DNA from: Lactobacillaceae bacterium
GTDB lineage: Bacteria; Pseudomonadota; Alphaproteobacteria; RF32; CAG-239
Direction: 5' to 3'
Length of the DNA stretch: 64,000 bases
Assembly (NCBI GenBank): GCA_031271345.1
Contig: JAISVX010000003.1
Span: forward strand, 293,452-357,451
Position numbers and translations under genes: made by a program. Below the pieces are notes generated by a model that saw only the letters and a list, made by a program, of their open reading frames with translations, made no database searches and was not told the DNA's origin. Positions 55,277 through 64,000 of this stretch are shown here, one piece after another (the stretch's first letter is position 1; every line of letters starts with the position of its first letter).

Positions 55277-56524
55277 TTAATACCAGCCGCGAATTTTCAT
55301 GACATCTGCAATTTTTTTTATTGAGTTCATATAAGCCGCATCTCTCATTGAAACTTTGTAGCTTTCTTTAAGATTATAAACATCATTAAAAGCGTTTACC
55401 ATTGCGGTTTCTTGTTTTTCTTCTACCTCAGACTCCCCCCAATAGTAACCGTATCTGTTTTGCACCCACTCAAAATACGACACTGTAACGCCGCCTGCAT
55501 TTGCCAAAATATCTGGAATTAGGAATACTCCGTTTTTGTTTAAGATTTCATCCGCTTCAGGAGTTGTCGGACCATTTGCGCCTTCGACAATAAGCTTGGT
55601 TCTTATTTTTTCCGCAACTTCTTTTGTTATGGTGTTTTCCATAGCGCATGGGCATATTGCATCAACATTCAGCCCCCAAAACTCGTCAAGCGAGATTTCT
55701 TTCGCGCCGTCAAATCCTTTTATACCTTTGTTCTCTTTGGAAAAAGCCATAAGCTCCGCAATATTTATACCATTTTCATTATATAAAACGACATTCCACT
55801 CAGCTATTGCGACAATCTTCGCGCCAAAATCTTCAAGACACTTCGCCGTATAGCTTCCAACATTGCCAAACCCCTGAACTGCCGCTTTGGCTTTTGCAGC
55901 AGAAATCCCTTTTTTCTTAAGAGCTTCCTTTGTGTTTATAGCCACGCCCAGACCAGTCGCTTTTGTTCTTCCGAGAGAACCGCCAAAATTAACTGGCTTT
56001 CCAGTAAAGACGCCCATATCCATTGAGCCTGTCAGCTTAATATATTCATCAACCATCCAAGCCATTATCTGTCCGTTAGTATTTATATCTGGAGCTGGTA
56101 TATCAAGTTTTTCGCCGATTTCTCGGTAAAGAGCCTTTACATAACCTCTGGATAATTGCTCTAATTCTCTTTCCGAAAGGGTTTTAGGGTCAACTATAAT
56201 TCCACCCTTTCCGCCTCCGTAAGGAACGCCGGTAATCGCGCATTTGAAAGTCATCCATATAGATAAAGCCGAAACTTCGTCTTTGCTGACGGCTGTGTGA
56301 AAGCGGATTCCACCTTTGTACGGTCCGATTGCATTATTATGCTGGGCGCGGTATCCTGTAAAAACCTTTATGCTTCCATCATCCATTTTAACAGGTATTG
56401 AAATCTCGATAATCTTTTGAGGATTTTTCAATAATTCATATACGGAATCGTCCAATCCTAGTTTGCCGCATGCCTTCTTTACATGCTTTTGCGCCGAAAT
56501 AAGCGGGTTTAGATTTTCACTCAT
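55277..56524 (-). CDS. gdhA: Glutamate dehydrogenase (Glu/Leu/Phe/Val dehydrogenase family, 415 aa)
   Basis: Contains the 'KGGIRFH' and 'PYGGGKGGI' catalytic Lys region and the 'VQGFGNVG' Rossmann motif. Confidence 0.92.
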   Translation of the reverse strand: MSENLNPLISAQKHVKKACGKLGLDDSVYELLKNPQKIIEISIPVKMDDGSIKVFTGYRAQHNNAIGPYKGGIRFHTAVSKDEVSALSIWMTFKCAITGVPYGGGKGGIIVDPKTLSERELEQLSRGYVKALYREIGEKLDIPAPDINTNGQIMAWMVDEYIKLTGSMDMGVFTGKPVNFGGSLGRTKATGLGVAINTKEALKKKGISAAKAKAAVQGFGNVGSYTAKCLEDFGAKIVAIAEWNVVLYNENGINIAELMAFSKENKGIKGFDGAKEISLDEFWGLNVDAICPCAMENTITKEVAEKIRTKLIVEGANGPTTPEADEILNKNGVFLIPDILANAGGVTVSYFEWVQNRYGYYWGESEVEEKQETAMVNAFNDVYNLKESYKVSMRDAAYMNSIKKIADVMKIRGWY

Positions 56525-56566
56525 GCTTCCATCTCCAAAAAATTTTATAATGTCCTTATTTTATAT

Positions 56567-57130
56567 TCAAAAAACAAATAAGAAAGAATTAATTTTTGCA
56601 AACAGCTTATTGTCAACAAATTTTCCCTGATTGCAGTAGCTTTTCCTTAATATTCCCTCAAAATCATAGCCGTTTCTTTCCGCCACGCCTGCGGAAGCCG
56701 CATTATCAACAGCGCATCTTATGACCAGCCTGACAAAGCCCCGCTTAAAAAGCTCTTCTTCCAGAGCTTTAAGAGCTTTGCTGATATAACCTTTCCCAGT
56801 TTCATCAGGACTGAGCCAATATCCCCACTCTGCCGAATGGTGCTTATTATCTATGTTCAATAAATAAATCCCGCCGACAAGCCTGTTATCATTTAAGATA
56901 TAATAGTAAAATCTTTCGCCTTTATCCCAACAGCTTATTTCTCCTGCAGTTTCTTCGGTCAATTCGTCAATTGATTTAATTCTGTTTGGCCAATTCAAAT
57001 ATTTACCTAAAAAACCTCTGTGGTTATTCAGCATTTCCCACAACTCTTTATCAAGCTCATGCGTCCTTTTTACTATGCTGATGTCTGAGGTTTTTATAAT
57101 CTCCGGCATATCAATATGTTCTAACATCAC
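56567..57130 (-). CDS. GNAT acetyltransferase, RimJ/RimL-like
   Basis: Contains 'AEWGYWLSPDETGKGYISKAL' and 'NAASAGVAERNGYDFEG'. Confidence 0.8.
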   Translation of the reverse strand: MMLEHIDMPEIIKTSDISIVKRTHELDKELWEMLNNHRGFLGKYLNWPNRIKSIDELTEETAGEISCWDKGERFYYYILNDNRLVGGIYLLNIDNKHHSAEWGYWLSPDETGKGYISKALKALEEELFKRGFVRLVIRCAVDNAASAGVAERNGYDFEGILRKSYCNQGKFVDNKLFAKINSFLFVF

Positions 57131-57187
57131 CGTCTCCTAATTTAGTCTAAAGAATATTGTAGATTATATAAAAGAAAGAACAACAAA

Positions 57188-57210
57188 AAAGGAAGCTTGC
57201 CGCTTCCTTT
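57188..57210 (-). terminator. Terminator of rplM-rpsI
   Basis: 9-bp stem aaaggaagc / gcttccttt with a 5-nt loop. A T-run follows on the minus strand. Confidence 0.8.
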
Positions 57211-57220
57211 TTTTGATACC

Positions 57221-57742
57221 TTAACGTTTTGAGAACTGGTAAGATCTACGAGCTTTTGCTCTACCAAACTTCTTACGCTCAACAACGCGATCGTCACGAG
57301 TTAAGAAACCAGCTTTCTTTAAGATTGCTCTTAGTTCTGGCTCATATTCGTTAAGAGCCTTAGAAATACCATGTTTAATAGCGCCGGCTTGACCAGAAAG
57401 ACCGCCGCCTTTAACTGTGCATATTACATCGAACTCATTTTTACGATTAGTAATTTCAAAAGGCTGATTAATAATCATCTTCAAAACTGGACGTGCAAAA
57501 TATACATCTAAAGTTTTGTCATTGATTGTGATATTGCCTTTACCTGGTTTAACCCATACTCTGGCTACTGAATTTTTTCTTTTGCCAGTTGCATAAGAAC
57601 GACCAAATTTATCACGATTTGGTTTGCGAACTTCAGTATCAGCTGAAACTGAAGCAGCGGAAGCAGAAGCAGAAGCTTTAGAAGCCTTGGCAGCTGTAGT
57701 AGCTGATTTAAGCTCTTTTAATGATTCAATTTTTGCAGCCAT
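57221..57742 (-). CDS. rpsI: 30S ribosomal protein S9 with Ala/Ser-rich N-terminal extension
   Basis: Contains '[13 protein letters not shown]' and ends with the '...RRSYQFSKR' C-terminal signature. It lies downstream of rplM. Confidence 0.93.
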   Translation of the reverse strand: MAAKIESLKELKSATTAAKASKASASASAASVSADTEVRKPNRDKFGRSYATGKRKNSVARVWVKPGKGNITINDKTLDVYFARPVLKMIINQPFEITNRKNEFDVICTVKGGGLSGQAGAIKHGISKALNEYEPELRAILKKAGFLTRDDRVVERKKFGRAKARRSYQFSKR

Positions 57743-58215
57743 TATGAAGCACTCCTTGTATTTTTCTCATTTCTTGAAGCAAGATCAAGAACTTCTGGAT
57801 TTTGAGCTGTATGAGGGTGAGATTCACCAGCATAAACTTTTAATTTAGTCATTTGTTCACGACCCATGGGGCTGCGGGTAATCATTCTTTCAACAGCTGT
57901 TTGAATAACTCTCTCTGGATGAGCGGATTCTAAAACTTTTCCAGCTGTAGTAGATTTAATGCCGCCTGGGTGACCAGTATGCTTGTAGTAAACTTTATCT
58001 GCCAATTTCTTGCCGGTTAATTTTACTTTTTCAGCATTGATAACAACTACATAATCGCCACAGTCTAAGCTCGGCGTATAGTAAGGTTTGTGTTTGCCAC
58101 GAAGAATTTTAGAAATTTCTGCCGCCATTCTTCCCAGCACAACACCATTAGCGTCAACTATATACCATTTTCTTTCGATATCAGTTGGTTTTGTTATATG
58201 TGTACCGTTTTTCAT
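57742..58215 (-). CDS. rplM: 50S ribosomal protein L13
   Basis: Contains '[17 protein letters not shown]' and 'GKHKPYYTP'. Confidence 0.95.
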   Translation of the reverse strand: MKNGTHITKPTDIERKWYIVDANGVVLGRMAAEISKILRGKHKPYYTPSLDCGDYVVVINAEKVKLTGKKLADKVYYKHTGHPGGIKSTTAGKVLESAHPERVIQTAVERMITRSPMGREQMTKLKVYAGESHPHTAQNPEVLDLASRNEKNTRSAS

Positions 58216-58364
58216 ATTATCTCTCTTAAAATTAGAATTGAAAATTCTTGGTCATTATCTATATTTTGCACTAATTGTCAACAATAAAAAACTCATGAAA
58301 ATCAATATATTATATTAGGGTATATAAATACCGCACAACAACATATTGATTTTACTTAATTATG

Positions 58365-59006
58365 CTATTTTTTGAAAATAAAATTTAATGCAGAATTTAT
58401 ATCTTTAAATAAAAAATCACAAAACTCCGGCTTAAGAACATCTTCTTCCGATATTAGAACCGTATGCAGACCAAGGGTTTTGGCTTTTTTCAAATTTTTT
58501 AAATTATCTTCGAAAATAATCGTTTCTTCTGGAATTAGATTATAATGCTTTAAAAAACTTTCAAAACCACCGTTAAAAGACTTCCAAATATACCCGGCGT
58601 CAATAACCGTATAAATATCTTTGAATATGGACTCCAGCCTGAGATATTTAAGAGTATCATCAACATGTTTTCGATTTGCGTCAGTATAAATAATCTTTTT
58701 ATAGGGAAGCGACGCTAAAATTTTGTGAAGCTCCTCATTATATTCTACTTTTGACATATCATGCTCACAGCCGCAAATCAGATATTCTTCAAATGTCGTG
58801 CCTTTTTCTTTATAAAGACTATAAGTGCTGCAGCCTTTTTCCCGCAGCTTATTGCACTCCTCCTTATACTCGTCAAAACTCATCCCCATTTTTTCTTGAA
58901 GAAAAACGGCGATTTTCTCATCCGCATGCTTTTGATACCCTAAACTTTTCGGATATAAAGTATCATCAAGATCAAAAACTAAAGTTTTAACGTTTTTCAT
59001 ATTCAC
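58365..59006 (-). CDS. HAD-superfamily hydrolase (pyrimidine 5'-nucleotidase-like), paralogue B
   Basis: Motif I is 'VFDLDDTLYPKSLGY', and 'YTDA' and 'FEDN' are also present. Confidence 0.78.
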   Translation of the reverse strand: MNMKNVKTLVFDLDDTLYPKSLGYQKHADEKIAVFLQEKMGMSFDEYKEECNKLREKGCSTYSLYKEKGTTFEEYLICGCEHDMSKVEYNEELHKILASLPYKKIIYTDANRKHVDDTLKYLRLESIFKDIYTVIDAGYIWKSFNGGFESFLKHYNLIPEETIIFEDNLKNLKKAKTLGLHTVLISEEDVLKPEFCDFLFKDINSALNFIFKK

Positions 59007-61691
59007 CTACTTTAAAAGCCGCTTCATCTCATACAGCTTTTCTAATGCTTCTTTCGGGCTTAAATCATCGGGGTTTAGATTTTCTAAAGCTTCAACCGCC
59101 GGACTTTTAACCGATTTTTCTTCCTCTTTTTTTGCAAAAGTCGAAAACAGCGGCAAATCGCCGACCAAATTAGAAACATTCGTACTTTTATTGTCTTTTT
59201 CCAAAGAATCCAAAACCTGCTCTGCCCTTTTCACAACAACATTCGGCAAACCAGCCAGTTTCGCGACATGAATACCGTACGATTTATCGGCAACCCCGTT
59301 TATAACTTCGTGCATAAACACCACTTCATTATTATATTCTTTGATTTTCATGCAATGAAGAGACATTCTGCCCAGTTTTAAAACTAATGCCGTAAGCTCA
59401 TGATAGTGGGTCGCAAACAATGCTCTGCATTTATTAACTTCATGAAGGCTCTCAATGACCGCCCAGGCGATTGACAAACCGTCAAATGTCGCCGTGCCGC
59501 GACCAATTTCGTCAAGAATTACAAACGAACGTTCTGTAGCCTGATTAAGAATGCTGGCGGTTTCAACCATCTCAACCATAAATGTCGAGCGGCCGCGGGC
59601 TAAATCATCCGAAGCTCCGACACGGGAAAAAATCTTGTCAATCATACCTATATGAGCCTCGGCGCATGGAACAAAAGAACCCATTTGCGCCATAATCGCA
59701 ATTATGGCATTCTGCCTCAAAAACGTTGATTTACCTGCCATGTTGGGACCAGTTAAAAGCCACAACATGCTGTTGTCGTCGTTTAGATGGCAGTCATTGG
59801 CAACAAATTGTCCTTTATGTTCCCGTTCAATAGACTGCTCAACGACAGGGTGGCGACCGCCTTTTATATCAAACATCAAACTGTCGTCAATAAGAGGACG
59901 GATATAGTTTTTCTCATCCGCAATTTCAGCTAAACCTGCGCCAACATCCAATTCTGCCAGAGATTTTGCCGTTCTTGATATATTATCCGCCATTGCGATA
60001 ATCTGAACAACCATTTCATCAAATAACTGAAGCTCTATAGCCACAGCTTTATCGGTAGCACCTATTATCTTGTTCTCCAGCTCGGTAAGCTCAACCGTGG
60101 TAAACCTGGCAGCATTTAAAACAGACTGACGGTGGATAAAGTTTGGATTATCCAGCATTTCGGTGGCAAATTTGCTAGGAACCTCGATAAAGTAGCCAAT
60201 AACGCTGTTATATTTTACTTTAAGATTTGATATTTTGGTTTCATTCGCATATTTAGCCTGAAGCTCAAGCATAATTTTGTTGCTATGGTCTTTGATTGAC
60301 TTAATTTCATCCAAAGGCGGATAGTATCCTTCCTTAATAAAGCCGCCGTCGCGGGCAAGCAGCGGAAGCTCTTCCTGTAAAGCATTTTCAATATTATCGA
60401 CCAAATTCGCATAATATCCGAGCTTTTCTATTATATTATCCAGACTCCACGGAATATCCTGAATAATTTTTGAACCTTCTTTGCCAAAATCTTTGATTAT
60501 GTTTTTTATTTTTGGAATTGCCCCCAGGGTAGTCTTAACATTAGCCAGATCTCTCGGACCTCCACGCCCCAGACTTAGCCTAGAAACAGCTCTTTCAACG
60601 TCTGGACAAGACTTTAACAAAGCTCTTAAATTTTCCCTAACCTGCCCGTATGTCAAGAAAAACTCAATAACATCCAATCTGGCGTTTATCTCGTTTTTAT
60701 CAACCAGAGGAGTTGCTATGCGGCTCGCAAGAAGCCTGGCTCCAGCGCCTGTTACGGTTTTATCGATAACGTTTAATAACGATGTTCCTCTGTCTCCAGC
60801 CGAAGATTCCAAAAGTTCCAGATTTCTTCTGGTCGCGCCGTCAATTTCCATACAGGCGTTTTCATATACTTTTGTCGGCTTATCTATGCGTGGAATCTTG
60901 CCTTTTTGAGTGTTTTCAACATAATCCATCAAAGTGCCGGCAGCTATAATCTCCGCTCTGGTAAAGCTTCCGTAAGCGTCTAAAGTTTCAACATTAAAAA
61001 CATCAAGAAGTCTTTTCATCGCATTGTCGGAATTAAACCTCGCCTGAGGAAGCACCGAAAGCTTGTCTTGATACTCATTTAATACGGAAAACAAAGCCTG
61101 ATTTTGCAAGAAACCGTCTGATATAACTATTTCGACAGGGTTTAATCTTGCAAATACGCCGCTCAAAACAACGTCTTCTTTCTTATTTTTCAGGTCGATA
61201 TTTTGAGTATAAAACTCGCCTGTAGATAAGTCCAGCCATGAAATTCCAAAGCTTTCTCCCTGCTTTGCGGCGCAGACGATAAAATTATTTTTCTTTGAAT
61301 CTAAAAGATTATCTTCGGTTAATGTTCCCGGCGTTACAAGCCTTACAACTTCTCTTTTGACAACTGCTTTATAACCGCCGCGCTTTTTGGCCTCTTGAGG
61401 ATTTTCCACTTGTTCGCATATCGCAACTTTATATCCCTGGCGGATAAGTTTTGCAAGATAGCTTTCATAAGCATGAAAAGGCACCCCGCACATCGGAATA
61501 TCCTGATTCTCATGCTTTCCTCTTTTTGTTAAAGCAATGTCCAATGCCTTTGACGCAGTAACCGCATCGTCAAAAAACAACTCATAAAAGTCTCCCATGC
61601 GGTAAAACAAAAGATAATCTTTATGTTCGCCTTTTATTTCTAAATATTGCGCCATCATAGGAGTTGGAGCGGATAATGTTTTCTCTTGCAT
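59007..61691 (-). CDS. mutS: DNA mismatch repair protein MutS
   Basis: 894 aa. Contains 'TPMMAQYLEIK' and 'GDFYELF' (mismatch-binding Phe), Walker A 'GPNMAGKST' and 'DEIGRGT'. Confidence 0.95.
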   Translation of the reverse strand: MQEKTLSAPTPMMAQYLEIKGEHKDYLLFYRMGDFYELFFDDAVTASKALDIALTKRGKHENQDIPMCGVPFHAYESYLAKLIRQGYKVAICEQVENPQEAKKRGGYKAVVKREVVRLVTPGTLTEDNLLDSKKNNFIVCAAKQGESFGISWLDLSTGEFYTQNIDLKNKKEDVVLSGVFARLNPVEIVISDGFLQNQALFSVLNEYQDKLSVLPQARFNSDNAMKRLLDVFNVETLDAYGSFTRAEIIAAGTLMDYVENTQKGKIPRIDKPTKVYENACMEIDGATRRNLELLESSAGDRGTSLLNVIDKTVTGAGARLLASRIATPLVDKNEINARLDVIEFFLTYGQVRENLRALLKSCPDVERAVSRLSLGRGGPRDLANVKTTLGAIPKIKNIIKDFGKEGSKIIQDIPWSLDNIIEKLGYYANLVDNIENALQEELPLLARDGGFIKEGYYPPLDEIKSIKDHSNKIMLELQAKYANETKISNLKVKYNSVIGYFIEVPSKFATEMLDNPNFIHRQSVLNAARFTTVELTELENKIIGATDKAVAIELQLFDEMVVQIIAMADNISRTAKSLAELDVGAGLAEIADEKNYIRPLIDDSLMFDIKGGRHPVVEQSIEREHKGQFVANDCHLNDDNSMLWLLTGPNMAGKSTFLRQNAIIAIMAQMGSFVPCAEAHIGMIDKIFSRVGASDDLARGRSTFMVEMVETASILNQATERSFVILDEIGRGTATFDGLSIAWAVIESLHEVNKCRALFATHYHELTALVLKLGRMSLHCMKIKEYNNEVVFMHEVINGVADKSYGIHVAKLAGLPNVVVKRAEQVLDSLEKDNKSTNVSNLVGDLPLFSTFAKKEEEKSVKSPAVEALENLNPDDLSPKEALEKLYEMKRLLK

Positions 61692-61780
61692 AATTTACCT
61701 AAAACTTGTTAACTTAAAATTATTGAGTAATAGTATATTTTAACTAAATTGAAGTCCATATTTTTTTTGAAGTTATAAAA

Positions 61781-63205
61781 ATGTTGAAAATAAAAAGACA
61801 AAAGATATTTGATATTGAAAAAAACAGCAAATTTGCCGACAGGGTTATTTTTCTGTCGCTGCCATCCGGATTTGTATTTCTTATGCTTGTTGCGTTTAAA
61901 CTTATATCTCCCATCCTTGCCATTATATCATACATTACCATAATTATCTTCAATATCGCCCTTCTCTTTCCGATTACTTTTGAAATGCAGCTTTTAAAAA
62001 AATATATCTCAAATCTGGCTCAAGGGCGCGATTTCGATACATCAGAAATGAACCTCTCAGAAAAAGAAGCTCAGGAAATTGCGGACGCTATTAATACAAT
62101 GCACAGATTCTGGTCAGAAAAAAACGAAGAGCTTGAAGCCCAGACAATCTCCGATACCGCCGTTTTAGACTCTCTTCCTGACCCGATCATGATGATTGAC
62201 AGATACGGAAGAATAATCGGCGCAAACAGCTCTGCCCATAATTTAATTGAAAAAAACATAATAGATAAAAACATTGACACCATCTTTGATTCTAACAATT
62301 TTATCAACGCCGTATCCAAAGTTCTTTCCAAAGAAAGCGAAGCCGAAAACTTAATCTTCTACGTAAGAAAGCCGCAGCATAAAAAGCTGTATGCCCATAT
62401 AAAACAGCTGCCATGGATTACGAAAGGAAGAGCCGTTGCGGTTATCTCCGTTTATGACCTTACAAAAGCGCTAAAAATAGAGAAAATGCAGTCTGACTTC
62501 GTTGCTAATGCTTCTCATGAACTGAGAACTCCGCTCTCCGTTATATCAGGCTGTATCGAAACTCTTCAAACAACGGCAAAAAACGACGACAGAGCAAGGG
62601 AAACCTTCTTAAAGCTGATGAGCGAACAAACGGAATATATGTCGTCATTAATTGAAAATCTGCTTTCTTTATCAAAAATTGAGCTAAGTCTGGATCAGTC
62701 TCCGGAAGAAAAAGTCTATGTTCCTAAAATTATCAACGATGTAACGGAGGGCTTATCGCTTAAAGCGAAAGAGCGGGAAATGAACCTAGTTGTGGAAATT
62801 GACGGCAGAATACCCAACATAAACGGCGATGAACATCAAATTAAGCAGCTTGTTCAAAACCTTACGGACAATGCGATTAAATACGGTTTAAGCCCAAGCG
62901 ATGTCACAATCAGAATAACAGCCGTAGATGGAATTCCGCCTTCTAAAACATTTAATGTTGCCAAAGGCGAAGCAATTGCAATATCAATAAACAACATGGG
63001 ACCTAAAATTGAACCTGAAAACGTTGCGCGCATAACCGAAAGATTTTACCGTCTGCAGGAACATAAAAATATGAGCATTAAAGGAACAGGATTGGGTTTG
63101 TCGATTGCAAAGCAAATCATTCTGCGTCACAGAGGAAATCTTACCGTTACCTCGACAAGTTATACGGGAACAACCTTTACGGTTTATCTTCCGCTGAAAC
63201 AATAG
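61781..63205 (+). CDS. Sensor histidine kinase, PhoR-like (2 TM + PAS + HisKA + HATPase)
   Basis: H-box 'SHELRTPLS', N-box 'DNAIKYG' and G2 'GTGLGLSIAKQI'. There is no adjacent response regulator. Confidence 0.8.
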   Translation: MLKIKRQKIFDIEKNSKFADRVIFLSLPSGFVFLMLVAFKLISPILAIISYITIIIFNIALLFPITFEMQLLKKYISNLAQGRDFDTSEMNLSEKEAQEIADAINTMHRFWSEKNEELEAQTISDTAVLDSLPDPIMMIDRYGRIIGANSSAHNLIEKNIIDKNIDTIFDSNNFINAVSKVLSKESEAENLIFYVRKPQHKKLYAHIKQLPWITKGRAVAVISVYDLTKALKIEKMQSDFVANASHELRTPLSVISGCIETLQTTAKNDDRARETFLKLMSEQTEYMSSLIENLLSLSKIELSLDQSPEEKVYVPKIINDVTEGLSLKAKEREMNLVVEIDGRIPNINGDEHQIKQLVQNLTDNAIKYGLSPSDVTIRITAVDGIPPSKTFNVAKGEAIAISINNMGPKIEPENVARITERFYRLQEHKNMSIKGTGLGLSIAKQIILRHRGNLTVTSTSYTGTTFTVYLPLKQ

Positions 63206-63219
63206 GTTTAAATCCGGCG

Positions 63220-64000
63220 TTAAAGCTTTTTATAATGCATAAACACCACTGGTTTAATGCCGGTGGAAATCAGTATGAATTTGCGGATTTTTGACTTTAC
63301 ATATTCTATAATGGAATTCTCGTTATATTCTAAAATCTTAACATGTTCGGGAATATCTTTCAGCATTTTCTCTTTTATCTCTTCCAAAAGTTTATTCCAC
63401 TCATATTCTTCAAGAATATCAATCGACGATATTTGTAAATCCTCCAACGACCAGCCGCTCCCAAAAACAACGCTGATAAATACGCTGCCGTTATACATAA
63501 TGCGCTTGCGGTTTTTCACCAACTGAGAATTAATTGAAGTCAGCTGCTTCCTGTCAACGCCGATTATATCCGTAGGAACCTTTTCAACCGTTTCTACCTT
63601 GGCATTTTTAAGTAAAAGAACATCGCCGTTTCTGACATTAACAACCTGTTCAATCCCTAAAGCTTCGGCAAAACGGGCATGCTCTCGTAAATATCTCTTT
63701 TCTCCATGAACGGGAATAAGGATTTTAGGTTTAAGAATTTCATACATCTTTCTTATATCGTCTTTTCCGCCATGCCCCGATGTATGAACCACATAGTCTT
63801 CTTTGGTTATGACCTCTACGCCTCTTAAGCGCAGCGTTTCCTGCATTCTTTCGATTTTTTGTTCGTTTCCGGGAATAATCTGGGAAGAAAATATTATCGC
63901 GTCGCCTTCGCCCAAAATTATGTCTTTATTTTCCTCGTTTACTATTCTGGCCAACGCGCTTCTATAATTTCCCTGCGAACCTGCGCAGATGTACAATATA
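63220..64000 (-). CDS. rnj: Ribonuclease J, C-terminal portion (5' end lies beyond the window)
   Basis: Contains 'HTSGHGGKDD' and 'IPVHGE' (beta-CASP/MBL motifs) plus a C-terminal domain. The frame stays open to the window end. Confidence 0.8.
   Translation of the reverse strand, partial: ILYICAGSQGNYRSALARIVNEENKDIILGEGDAIIFSSQIIPGNEQKIERMQETLRLRGVEVITKEDYVVHTSGHGGKDDIRKMYEILKPKILIPVHGEKRYLREHARFAEALGIEQVVNVRNGDVLLLKNAKVETVEKVPTDIIGVDRKQLTSINSQLVKNRKRIMYNGSVFISVVFGSGWSLEDLQISSIDILEEYEWNKLLEEIKEKMLKDIPEHVKILEYNENSIIEYVKSKIRKFILISTGIKPVVFMHYKKL

Overview
Gene-dense 64-kb chromosomal segment with about 65 CDS and a visibly low GC content. I saw no rRNA, tRNA, CRISPR array, transposase, integrase or phage structural gene. 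Gene content and local synteny point to an Alphaproteobacterium: a CcrM-type adenine methyltransferase, bamA-lpxD-fabZ, rlpA-dacC-tmk-holB...tatD-MBL, ppx-rlmE and rplM-rpsI. An Rnf complex, NAD(P)-GDH and an ankyrin-bearing autotransporter suggest an anaerobic or host-associated lifestyle, but that is inference only. Most of the window is housekeeping: envelope biogenesis, apbE-rnfCDGEA, rnhB, ccrM, tldD/pmbA, rsmB, murein enzymes, tmk/holB/tatD, ppa, metG, cysE, rpsD, yejEF, gdh, rpsI/rplM, mutS, a PhoR-like kinase and RNase J. The best candidate for something undescribed is at 33.0-34.4 kb. It is a tandem array of three self-contained promoter-leader-ORF-terminator modules encoding four small (60-90 aa) paralogous proteins that I cannot assign to any family. 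These genes have canonical TTGnnn-N17-TGcTAnnnT promoters, AU-rich leaders without a Shine-Dalgarno, and C-ending codon usage. Two of the products end in -VAA/-LAA, which resembles an ssrA degron. The same promoter/SD-less-leader/terminator architecture recurs at orphan genes at 11.5-12.2 kb and 14.0-14.7 kb, and possibly in a 1.9-kb islet at 51.9-53.9 kb. Other notable points follow. There are three tandem Ppx/GppA paralogues behind ccrM. The rnf cluster has clostridial gene order, an apbE gene and no rnfB. An ankyrin + subtilase + autotransporter fusion is present. A 772-aa membrane protein sits where yejAB would be expected, upstream of yejEF. A THEP1-like NTPase has a deviant P-loop. All functional calls come from motif recognition by eye; no database search was possible.
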